The notes under the pieces are model-generated. The model did no database searches, had not been told where the DNA came from, and was given only the letters and a program-made list of their open reading frames with translations. Positions 36,332 to 48,404 of a stretch of 64,000 bases of DNA are shown piece after piece. Position 1 is the first letter of the stretch; the number at the start of each line of letters is the position of its first letter. Source of the DNA: Trichosphaerium sp. ATCC 40318 (Eukaryota; Protista; Tubulinea); contig JALMLS010000325.1 of NCBI GenBank assembly GCA_038496445.1, positions 12,436-76,435 of the forward strand, in the 5' to 3' direction. The translations under genes and the position numbers were made by a program.

Positions 36332-37986
36332 ATGGCTCACTTACGTAGACCTCCTCCAATGACCACGACAGAGGTTAATTTACTATCTCTACCCAAAGAG
36401 TTACATCTCGTTATTCTTTCTATGCTTGGTACACTGTACCAATACTTTGTTACCGTAAACACTCATTAATACAAGGAGCGAACGATGTTTTAATGTTTTC
36501 TGTCGCGTCAAAAGTCCAAAACTCGATTGCGAATAATAACGAACTATGGCGTCTCTTAGCATATAATAGATGGTCTGACGTCGATTGGAACGTTATTAAC
36601 GCAATGACACCTAAATTTACGAACACTTCATCAAAACTCCCGTAAGACGCGCTCATAGCTATATCCGTAGCGTATAAACATCATTTATGTATCTTTTAGC
36701 CGTTATAAGCTATTATTCGCGAACCAAATCCATAACACTTGCGTAACAAACGCGCAAACAGAAAAAGAAACAAGAACTCGGCGTATTGAGGCTCTCAAGT
36801 AAGATATTAGCGATTTTAGTAGTTGTTCTTTAAATAAATGCATTAGGGCACATACTACAAGATTTGTGGATACTTGCTTTCATGGGAATCCGTTTAGGGA
36901 CATGCACGTGGCGTTTGTTGGTACCTTTATTTTGGATTTTTTTTGAAAGTTTTTTTCTTTAAACGTTTCTGGTTGCTGCTGTATGGTAAATCTATGTAAT
37001 CCTTCATAAAAATAAGAATTGCTATTTTGTGTCAACAAAGAAAAAGCAATTTTTTGTTGCACGTGCTAAAAACAGCCTGAGAAATCACCCAATTTTGAAA
37101 GCAATAAAAAAAACGTGTTAAAAAAAATTTGACGGCAAAACGAGATGGGTGGGTTATTTATGTTGACATAACTTGTTTAGGTGATGAAGGTATTGGAAAA
37201 GAAAGTTCAATGGGTACTATAGCACATAACATGCTTCTAGGTAATCTCGTGTTAATGAAGACAAAAAATCTAAAGTTAATTTTTTTTTTAATAGAGCATG
37301 CACCACAACGTTTGATTAGACTCCTGACACCGCCTATTGTAAAAGAAGTTCAAACTTTTAATATTAATTGGTGTATGTCTTTTGTACCTGATCACTTGGT
37401 TCGTAGCTTACATGCTGTTCATGTACACACTACAAGTACGAAGGAAACAATTTCCACTTAGTTATCAAAAAAAAAACTTAAACGAATTTAGGCAATATGT
37501 CTGCAGCAAAGACTTGTATTAAAGGTGTTGATGCTGTCATTGTCGGATTCTCATGGGCTAGACCTAAGACACTTGAAAACGCTATTAAAAAATGGATACC
37601 ATTCATAAGAAAGCATTTACTTGATGTAGCTTTAGTCCTTGTTGGATTTCAGGTACTTTTTTTTCCACTTTGGAGTTGTTTGTTTCTAACTGTTTTGTGC
37701 CATTCTTAGCCTACAGCTCAAGCTTGGGCTTTCAATAAAGATGTATTATGTGCTACATATGGTGTTAATCCTTGTGGAACGATTGATAAAGCTGGTGCTA
37801 AAATAGCTTCAGTTCGAGGTGCTGATGTACGATTAACATTTTTTGTTGTTTTTTTTTTCTGTAATGTCCTAAACAAATTCTTATTTTTTTCTAGTTGTAT
37901 ATGTCATTTCCGGACTCAATGACAGATCTAATGTGTGGCATATTGCAACTACTTTTGAAATAAAATACAAACCTCACATTATCTAA
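36332..37986 (+). CDS. F-box protein fused to a degenerate Rho-like small GTPase domain
   Basis: LLSLPKELHLVILSML|GANDVLMFSVASK...NNELWR (F-box); HVAFVG|DEGIGKES; KGVDAVIVGFSWARPKTLENAIKKWIPFIRKHLLDVALVLVGFQ (Rho-like). Confidence 0.75.
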
Positions 37987-38429
37987 CGATGTTATTTCAT
38001 TGTTAGTTGATTTATCAAGTGTTTGTTCAGCCTGGTTTATAAGCATACTTTCTTTGCAAGTTTTTTGGTAAATTGACGTTGTAGTTACATCACAAGCAGC
38101 TATGCTTTTCCACCAAACTCTTTTAGAAGAACAGCTTTCATTGTAATAGTATTAGTAGCGTAATATAAAAGTTAAGTAGGCGTTTTCCGTTCTCACGAAT
38201 TCGTCCGTCAACGGAAATTAGCTTTACCTCAATTGCACCCTATATGAGTACTTGTAAACGTGCACACCATTTTGTGCCTTCAATGAATCATCGGTGATTT
38301 ACAAAACAATACTTGACAAAATAAACAAGTTTGGTTTTGTGGTGTTTAAGGTAGCTTTCTTTATTTGTATGTACAAGGGTTATAAACAAAGTACATGATG
38401 TTGGATTTATAGAGTCCAAATACAACATG

Positions 38430-41400
38430 TCATTCTTCATAGTATTCTTCACTAAGTATTCTATGGTAGTTGGAAATTGCTTGGGAATCATTTTTTCTTT
38501 GTGCTTTTCTTTTTCTTCACTTTTGCATAGTTCTCTTTGATCATATCTTGTACTAAAGTGAACACATCTAAATCTGGCTCTCTGTTTTTTGATGCTTCTT
38601 TTAGTAGGTCTATTATTCTTTCTATCATCTTATAGAGTTGTTTCACCTTCACGAAACATCAGAGAAGGTTTGGAAAAAAAACCAAAAAATGTGTTTTAGA
38701 TCGTTCAACTTACTGGCACTTTGTTTTCGACTAGCATATTGTATGTTTTATCTAGTCCAGTCTTAAACTCATTATCACCGAATGCTTTGTATACAAGCTT
38801 TTTTCCAGCTATTAAACAATACTTGGTAAGTGCTTGAAGGGTGATAGTTTTCGTGTTGCAAAAAAAAAAAAAAAAGATAATTACCTTGAGTTGCAGCAAT
38901 GACTTGAACGAATGCTTTTAAGTTTTTATCACCTTTGAATGCTCCACCACCCCTTTAGATATACTGGTTAGTATGTCACCTAGAAAATAATGTATAAGTT
39001 CTCACCAATGTCCAGTGGCGATAACGTCGTTTGAGCTTGAAGAAAATCCAAGGTAAGCCTTATTACATTCACGCAAGAACTTTTCCTAAAATATTCTTAG
39101 AGACGCTAAACCAACTTTTTTGAAAACAACTTTACCTTCGAATTGATGCCACATACTGTTGCTAAAAATAAACATTAGATATTGTACGTTGTTTAAGTTT
39201 GTAATCAAGAAAAACGTGTGAGAATGAAAACTATTCGAAATTTTCAACAAAAAAAAGTTACCATCAATGCCGATAACTTCATGAAGGTTCTCATCTTTTG
39301 ATGGTTCCTTTTTGATCCTAAAACTTTTTGTGTATCCTTTATAATCATTTACACGATTTAAATTGGATACACACCAAGCTTGCCTTAAAGTAAACGTTTC
39401 AGTAACAATGAAGATAAAAGTTCCATCAAAAAACAAAACGAAAAAGTCGTTTTGACTCACGTGTCATCAATATGCGGTATTATCGCTAACATCATTAATA
39501 CCTCTGGGAAAATACCCATCAGTACTTCCTATAATATGTAAGTAAAGATAAGGGTTTCTAAGAAAGGTATCAGACGCTACCTCTTGAGTCCATATCTAAA
39601 TGGTAAAAGTTAGTTAACGAAGAGTTCAAAACAAGCCATACCAAACTAGATAATATTGTTCCTCCAGGATATGGATCAGCAAAGCATATCTTAGAAGCTC
39701 CATCAACATCCTCAAGACCACCTTCAAGGTCCACTTGAACAAAGAGTTAAAAGATGAAATATGTTGACCATAAAACAATTTAAACCTTGGTACCTTGAAG
39801 ATCACAAAGTTGTTGGTTTGAATTCTCCCAATCAGGTTCATCAAAAACACAATTTTCTACGCCTGGAGGCTTTTCTTTAGGATCTCCTAAACGGTTTTTA
39901 AACACGTGGATGTAATAAAACATGATATTTTTACCTTTGGGTTTCAACTGTAGCCACCTAATCATTACGTTCTCATCATCTTCTTTGAAGTCTGAAACAT
40001 TTTTGTATTGGTTGAAGTAATGTGTCAATGCAACAACAAGTTGTCGTTTTCCTATACTACCAAGAGCCAATATGCCTGCCTTGAACGTTGATAATCTACT
40101 TAACTTGCTGGACTTGTCCTGGTGTCTTCCAAAGAACCCAAGGAAGAAAATGGACATCAATGTGTGAACTTGTAGTCTTGTACTGTCGTGAATGTTAGAC
40201 ACAACTTCTTTTTGGAAAAGAGATCGACGTACAAGGTTTTATAGTTTCCTGGTTCAATTAGTTTTAACTCTGATATAAGCTTCTTTGCGGTTGATACTTG
40301 GTCTATCATGAACGAAAAAGGACCATCCTATAAAGATATAAATAATCATCTTATTGAATAGCTTCAAAAAACACGAAATGACAGCCATAAGTTTTGTCAA
40401 TAATGGCCGTCGTTAACGGCCACTTAAAGATTACTGTTCTATTTCCAAAGGTCTGTAGAATTGTGTAAAGGAACTCAAACACAGATTTTGTTGTTCGTGT
40501 TGCCATTATTGACCAAACTTATGAATGTCATTTTAAACACTTTTAATTCAGCGAACTTGCTCCGAGGATTTACTTTGCTCAATAGACTATGTATTCAATA
40601 CATATTCATAGCACTCGTTTTAGAGTAATTCATGATTTAGAATCAGAATGAAAGCAAAAGAAGAAATAGAAGCCAAGAGAGCGCTCTCTAAACACGTGCC
40701 TTATCCAAAAAGTTATCGGGAATTACAGATTTCCAATTAGTCAAGTTCTTTTTCTGCGCCTTGGCCCCTAAAAGGAGTTATGTTAAACACATATAGGGTA
40801 CCCTATTAAAATCTTACTAATTGGACGATCATTAGGCTTCACAAAGAAGTTTTTCTTGAAGAAAACAATTAGTGATCAAACAACATTAACTTTAGAGAAA
40901 AAAAAAAACGGTACCGAAAACACAGCCAGTTTGGTATCATCACTAGCATTAACAACTAAATCTCTTGATTTTTTTAAATATTGAATAATACTGTCCCATT
41001 GAATATAGATTTGCCATGGAAGGAGAAGCTAAAAGAAATTAATGAGCTAACAAAACGAAACCTAGAAAAAAAAAACATACCTCAAGATTGTCTTCTTTCG
41101 CTTTAACCTAACACGTGCGTTACAAAAAAAACCCTTAAAAACTCTTCTTTATCACTACTAAAAAACCGTTATGACGTACAGTAGTTTTTTTATCTTTCTT
41201 ATTATTATACGCAGCACCTAAAGACGAAGAGTTAGCGTAATGTCAAAAAAAAAACACAATAAAAAATTAAAAAAAAACAATTCAAAACAAGCAGACACGT
41301 ACGATTCCTTTTATCAAGCTCTTCGCTTATAAGTTTCCCCAGCGAAGCTAAAAAAACACAACATTAGGTTAAAGGCATAAATGTACAATCATAAAGAAAA

Positions 41401-42022
41401 GAGTAATCTTGATCGCAAAAACAAAATAAAAAACCAACCACGTGGTTGAAAACAGCCTAAAACAAACTAGTTTTTTCCTTTTCAGTTTTATCCGGCGTCT
41501 GTAAAAAAAACGATATAATACTAGCATCAACAACGCCATGATATTATTATAACGCGACATCACGTGTCGTTCTAGTTTCAATAAACTGCATTACCAACTA
41601 ATTTCCCACGTGTAGATATTTCACGCAGTTCCTTCAACATCTTCTTATTGTTGACCTTAGCATAGTCGAAACAAATAATCCCGGGAGCAATAGCTTCAAA
41701 TATAATACATTTCTTTCCTGCAGCGTCATATGACTCAACACGTTCCAAGGGACCCCACCCAAAGGATTTTGATCTGGAAAAAAATAAACGATTTAAAAAA
41801 AAAGTCTTACGAAACGTCCGAACGTTCCGAGAGATCTCATACGCACCCGCATAGGAATAAACCCTTTTTCTCTTTCTTTATATACCAGCCTTCGTCTAAA
41901 CAAGTGCCAAGCCACTCTAAATCATATTTCTTATACTTGGCGGACTTACGTAAGCCGATCATTTTATTTATTGTGAAATGAATGGTCAATGCTGTTATCA
42001 CAACCTTGTTCACCTTGTTCAT
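38430..42022 (-). CDS. PARG: Divergent poly(ADP-ribose) glycohydrolase, copy 1 (many exons; 5' end uncertain)
   Basis: GGLEDVDGASKICFADPYPGGTILSSL|IWTQE|EVLMGIFPE, DYKGYTKSF, FLRECNKAYLGF, IATGHW|GGGAFKGDKNLKAFVQVIAA follow the PARG_cat motif order. Confidence 0.85.
40376..40533. mobile_element. MITE-like insertion (~158 bp) in a PARG copy 1 intron
   Basis: 32-bp TIR AAATGACAGCCATAAGTTTTGTCAATAATGGC vs reverse complement AAATGACATTCATAAGTTTGGTCAATAATGGC. AAACAC occurs one base outside both ends. Not seen in the equivalent intron of copy 2. Confidence 0.7.
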
Positions 42023-42429
42023 TAATATGGGTTAACAATCTCTCAAATAAGCTTCATCTTGCGTAGCAGTAGTGTGTAAGGATGCTTTTCAGTCGCGTCA
42101 CATTGGAAACGCAATATTTACTTCAAACACCTTGGTGTTCGTAGGTACCATTCAACAAATAAACACCAACACATTACGAATTCTTAAGCAGTACGTATTT
42201 ACCGATTCTCTAAAATCACGTGCGCAAAGTTGTAGATGTTCGAAATACAAGTCTCGTACCGAAACACAAATTGGTTCGTATATACGGTCCAAATGGTCCG
42301 CTGTAACAACAATCCCAGAGGCCCTATCTGTATGTACATAAGGTGATGATAGCGATAATTTTTCTCACTTTCACTAAAATATTTCAAAAAGCCAAAATGT
42401 TTGTTAAAGTGGCTTGAAAAAGAGACCTT

Positions 42430-43065
42430 TCAAAACCACTTGTAGAGATTTTGATGTTAAAGCGTTTAAGACTACTTGTAAAGTAGCTGGTGGTTCAAAA
42501 AGGAGCCACCAACTAACAAGTTCACTGAATGAGCAGACAAGCTTGTAATTATCATAGGACCGGTTACAGACCAGTATTGAACCAATATTTGCTACCTCTA
42601 CAAAGCGCTAACAATAAAAGGCATAAACTCGAGAAATGATCTATTTCGAAGTAGAATAGACTATGCACTATCTATTTGCATTAGTGTAACGTAACAGATG
42701 AGGGTATGAAGGTTGATGGGCGGACCCACGTTTTTTCCGAATTTGTCGAAAGAAAAAATTCGAAAAAATAGAATTCAATACAAAAACCAAATGCCTATAC
42801 CCACCAATGGATCACTATATGTGAGCGAAGATCGGGTTCTAGTTCCAAGCACAGCGAGGACCCGACCGTAAGTGAACCAGGCGCTTTCTAGTTTAGTGGA
42901 CTGCCCTAGCTATGCATCTTTCTACACTTTCGAATTTTTGTTTTCGGAAAATTCAGAAAAAACTATAGCCCCTTGATGGGTGCTCATCAATTAATTTACC
43001 TTAGAGATGGCAAATGATGAGTTAAAGGCTCTATCAGGAGCACATACTAACAACCTACGACTTGG
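42430..43065 (+). pseudogene. Heavily decayed F-box-LRR family relic interrupted by a MITE
   Basis: GTAACAGATGAGGGTATGAAG (VTDEGMK) before the MITE; LMGAH and DELKALSGAHT after it. 5' boundary approximate. Confidence 0.6.
42721..42972. mobile_element. MITE (252 bp) with 8-bp TSD TTGATGGG
   Basis: TTGATGGG at 42713-42720 and 42973-42980. Imperfect ~55-bp TIRs (TTTTTTCCGAATTTGTCGAAAGAAAAAATTCGAAA vs reverse complement TTTTTTCTGAATTTTCCGAAAACAAAAATTCGAAA), each starting 10 nt from the TSD. Confidence 0.8.
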
Positions 43066-43344
43066 TAGCAGACGACAGTGTCAACTCCAGCTTTTTTTTA
43101 GCAAAAAGTTTTGTCAGTGGTTGAGTATTTTCCGTTATGTTAATGTCAATAGAGCCGCATGACTTGTAGAATAACCTAAACGACGTATGTATATTTTCAA
43201 AATAAACAGTGAGGCTTATGTTGAGTTGAAGGTACATCTTTATTTACAAAAAATCCTATATGTATGACAGACAATGTATGTATTTCTAGGTAAAGTGATT
43301 TTGTACTACTTGTTTAGATATCAATAGAGAGTTTGATTGAATGC

Positions 43345-46300
43345 TTACAACATCTTTGTTATCAAATGTTGAATTAAAGCAAATCCACACAACACTGGGT
43401 CCTTATGCTTGGAAGCTTTCTTTAGTTCTCCTGTAGCCTCCTCTACCAACTTATACAATTGTTTCACCTTGAAAAAAAAAAACATCAAAAAGTAATACTT
43501 CAAATTAGTTGAATGTGTATGAGCTTACTGTCACTTTGTTGTCAACTAACATCTTGTATGTTTTGTCCAGACCATCTTTAAAATCTGCATCACGGAAAGC
43601 TTTGTAGACAAGCTTTTTTCTTGCTGCGATGCATATAAGTGAGTCGTTCTTCAAAAACTTTGTGCTAAAAAACTTACCTTGAGATGCGGCAATGAGTTGA
43701 ACGAGTGCTTTAACTGTTTTGTCACCCTTGAATACACCACCGCCCCTTTGATATTGGTAAGTACACTGGCTACTAATTGTTATACGCTTACCAATGTCCA
43801 GTGGCGATTACGTCGTTTGAGCTTGAAGAAAATCCAAGGTAAGCCTTATTACATTCACGCAATAAGCTTTCCTAAAATATTCTTAGATGCAACTTGGTGA
43901 AAACAAGAAACACGTTACCTTTGTTTTGGACCCAAATACTGTTGCTAAACGAAAGGTATTAGCAAGTAGTAACAGCCAATGATGACAATGTTAAGGTTGA
44001 AAAAATCGGCTATTGAAACTCAAAAAAAAAACAGTAAAGTTACCATCAATGCCGATAAGTTCATGAAGGTCGTTATTCTTAGATGGTTCCTTTTGGATCC
44101 TAAACTTTCTATCATATCCTTTGTAATCACTACAACGATTCACATTGGATACACACCAAGCTTGCCTTAAAGTAAACGTTTCAGTAACAATGAAGATAAA
44201 AAGTTCCATCAAACAAAACGAAAAAGTCGTTTTGACTCACGTGTCATCAATGTGCGGTATTATCGCTAACATCATTAATACCTCTGGGAAAATACCCATC
44301 ATTAATTCCTATGATATCAATAAGTAAATATGGGGAAGGGTTTCTAGCCAAATATCAATGCTACCTCTTGTGTCCAATGCTGCAAGAAAAATAAGTTAGT
44401 AAACAAAATACTTGAAATTGAAAGATAGTCATACCAAACCACTGCTAGATAATATTGTTCCACCAGGTGTTGGATCAGCAAAGCATATCTTAGAAGATCT
44501 ATCAACATCCTCAAGACCACCTTCAAGGTCCACTTGAACAAAGAGTTAAAAGATGAAATGTGTTGACCATTAAACAATTTAAACCTTGGTACCTTGAAGA
44601 TCACAAAGTTGTTGGTTTGAATTCTCCCAATCAGGTTCATCAAAAACACAACTTTTTTGGACATTTGGAGGAGTTCCTGTAGCATCTTCTAATGTTAACA
44701 ATTACATATGTACTATCTATCTACTATTTTACCTTTAGGTATCAACTGTAGCCACCTGATTATTACGTCCTTGTCATCATCTTTGAAGTCTGAAACATTC
44801 TTGTATTGGTTGAAGTAATGTGTCAATGCAACAACAAGTTGTCTTTGTACAAGTGTAGAGAATACCCATGCACCTGCATTGAATTCTGATACTCTGCTCA
44901 TCTTAGTGTCCTTTTGTTTTGCAAAGAACCCAAGGAAGAAGAAAGACATCAATGTGTGAACCTCACACTTAGTACTAAATGAGAAAGTCAGAAAAATAAA
45001 ATGTGAAAATATGGTTGTTAATGACCACAAGCCATGTACAAGATTATTCTGTTCCCTGGCTTAATAAGTTTTATCTCTGATATGAGCTTCTTTGCGTTTG
45101 ATACTTGGTCTATCATGAACGAGAATGGACCTCCCTAAAAAGATGTAAGAAAACGGTCCATGCTGTTACAAGAAAGTAATAAAAAAAAAGTTAGACATAA
45201 ACAGTTTTGAGCTTCAAACCTCGCTAAAAAAAAAGTTCCCAATGTTGTGCTTGAAGCTGTTAAGTGTAGTCATTAGAGAGTATAATACAATCTCAGATTC
45301 TTATCACACGGCTTAACTACAATCACTACTTGGGAGGAAGTTTTGCAACTCAAGTGAAAATTTTTTGTTGAACAAGTTTTACGTTCAAGTTAGCTGTGCT
45401 TCCACAACCACACTGTGGAAGCTTTACTGGTATTGTATGTGATAAGGTTTTTGTGAAATGGTGATGATAAATGGTGATGATAAAACTGAAAACCACGGAG
45501 CTACAACGGAACTAAAGACAAAAAAAAAGTACCTTTGCCAGAAAGTTGTTTGGGAATACACCATTCCACTTTTTCATGTTTCTTTGCATTGCCCTGGGTT
45601 CTAAAGAATGTTAGTTGGTATGGTATAGTATTCATTGTAATAGGGTACTAGGAGTGGAGTCTGTAGGCTTTGCAAAGAAGTAGCTCTGCAAAAACAATTA
45701 GCGATCAACAGTAAACATAACAGGTTGGATTACCACAAGTGTTGTTAGCTTGTCTTTATCATCAGCTACAACTACTGCATCTCTTCCTTCTTTAAACGTT
45801 GCAATAACTCCATCCCATTGAATATAGACAGTCCATGGAAGGACGAGCTAGAACAAGATTAGAACAGCACGACAAAAAAAACCCAACTTACAACCAATTC
45901 TTCGTCGGCTTCACTAACCTTAGGCTAAACAAACGTGTCAACCAAAAAACTGTTCGACTACAAATGCGTTCTATTTGTTCGAAAATATGTCGCTATAAAG
46001 CAAGCATAGCAAGCTCAAATAGGCGCCAACAAGAGCACGTGAAGTGAGAAAAAGAGAAAAACAACTTTATCCTATTTGACGACATATTGCAACACGTCGT
46101 ACAGTTACAGGATTTTTCCCTCTCCCCTTTTTATTGTATTCAGCGACTACAAAAATAATCAGCGTTGTAACTTCAGAAATATACTACTAAACAAGAGAAA
46201 CTCCGTTCAACGTACGGTTTCGTTTGTCGCGATCTTCATCTATGATTCGCTGTAGAGTGGCTAAAAAATCTTACGTCAGCAACAGCCACACATAGGCATT

Positions 46301-47276
46301 TGCTTATAAAAAAAAAAAATCAATTGTTGTATTGGATATACGCTCTCTTTTCACCCATTTTGTTCGAAAATTGCTAATGAATCAAAAAAATTGTGCTGAC
46401 GTAAAAACCTTTTTTTCTATCGGAATATTCAAATATATGGAGTTTATAAGTGTTCGAACAAAGTAGTCCCGTTTTGTTCGAAAAATTTGATAAAAACAGA
46501 GATTGTATTAACTTTCGAACAAACTGGTTCAAAATCGATGGTAAAGCTCCAAAAGCGTTGTATAAAAAAAACCTGCGTTCGAAAAATATGTTTTTTCGAA
46601 CAGTTTTTCGAACATTGTTCGAACAATATTCCTCCGAAATCACGTGATACGTGACACATGTTTGCAACAACAAAATTGCGCTCTCTAATTTACAAGCTCT
46701 AAAAAAACTGGCGTACCCACAAACGTGCCACGTGATAGTTTGCGTAGCTCTTTTATTCCTTTCTTCACTTTCTTGTCTGGTTTGTAGAGCGTAGAGTACG
46801 CAAACCCCATTATTTTGGAGTCTGTAGCCGACAGTACGACACACTTCTTTTCAGGAGCATCTCGAGCTTCTGCAGTCTCCAAGGGACCAAACCGGAACCC
46901 CTTAGGCCTAAAACAAGAACAATTACACTTTCAGATAAAGAAATTTGATAGAAGATGTTTCCTTCTGATTGTACGTACCCGCATAGAAATAAACCCTCTT
47001 TTTTTTTCTTCACATACCAATACCCCTCTTCAAAACTGCCCAACCACTCTTTTGTGTATTCAACTGCCGATTTACGTAATATTGCAGCGTTCATGAGGTG
47101 TTCGTTGTTTGTACAAACTAGAATAATTACGGATATCCCGCGATTTTTCAAAAATACTGCATACTGCAGTAAGACATTAAGTATTCAATAGCCGTCGAAG
47201 CCCTGATAGCAATACACAGTACCCGAATGCTTGTTTGGTGAACCGAAACTGTAACCGTTACGTAACCGGTTCGCAT
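43345..47276 (-). CDS. PARG: Divergent poly(ADP-ribose) glycohydrolase, copy 2 (tandem paralog; 5' end uncertain)
   Basis: ICFADPTPGGTILSSS|HWTQE|ELMMGIFPE, IATGHW|GGGVFKGD; same exon structure as copy 1; ends QHLITKML*. Confidence 0.85.
46359..46635. repeat. Intronic cluster of palindromic TTCGAA motifs, possibly a degenerate MITE
   Basis: At least 8 (TG)TTCGAA(CA/AA) copies in ~280 bp. GGAG..TGTTCGAACAA at 46439 is mirrored at 46617-46635. Confidence 0.5.
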
Positions 47277-48404
47277 GAACATATTATTATGTCTGATTCA
47301 AAACCCTGGAACCCTAGAACACTGGGACAAGCGTGAAGGTGTGAGTAATATCTCGTAACCTATCTTGAAAGGTGATTGTTGCACAAATACGAACAATAAT
47401 TTCTTGAACGGATTGCCAAAATACGCGCCGATTTTTGTAAGTGCTTCACCTCTCATATCAATGCCTTATCTTATGTGAATGTAGCTTGGAATGGAGGGCT
47501 CTATTGTTAAGTTCTGAATGTGTAAATTATTTACATTTTTACTTGTTTTTTGGCGTTACATTACAAAAAAAATTAAATTCTGAGCAAAACTACACAAAGT
47601 ATAAAACAGCTCCGTAGCCCTACTACTTCCCTAGGTATTTTCGTGGCGGGCGCTTATGATTTAGTAGGATATTACTTCTACCTTCAGTGAACGCAAGCGG
47701 TCCAAAAGGTAGAACATAACAGTCCGTTCAACGACATCATACCAATTATTATAACAAAACTACTGCATTTGCTCGACTGGTAAACTAGACATGTTCACAT
47801 GCCTACATTTGTTTCGGGTTTTTTTTTTCTTATGTGAAAGAGAGGGACGTAACCTCACTTGAACGAATGAAGTTAGCGAAAGAAAATAAGGAACACGGAT
47901 GTGAGTGAGCCTTACTGGTCTTGATGATGATCATTAACATCATCAAGATAGGGGGAACTATGGATGCTCTGAATGAACTGTTAAGTATTGTCCGTATCAT
48001 TCAAGTTTGCAACAGGTTTGGCGTAAGATCTTGCAAGAACTAACAAAACTGACAGATCAAACACTAAAACCTCAAAGAAAAGAAATTCCAAGCGCTTCTT
48101 TAGCTTGCCATGCAGGCGAGAAGGACTTTGTTAACAGCATCGTTACGGAAGAAGATGCAAGCCAAATACATGTTACAACGTTTAATATCTTAAATTTGGT
48201 TCTAATATTCCTGTACACCTCATATCAGATACTGATTTGGGAGGTACAATTTTTTTTTCGCTGAAAGATTATTGAATTAAATCATCTTGAAAGAATGTAC
48301 AGTACAAGTTTTATTTTGACAAAAGGGGTGCAACTATTTGTTTTTGTAATTACTTTTTGGGGTTTTTTTTTTTTTTGAAGAACCTTAGTTAAGTTACGTT
48401 ATTA

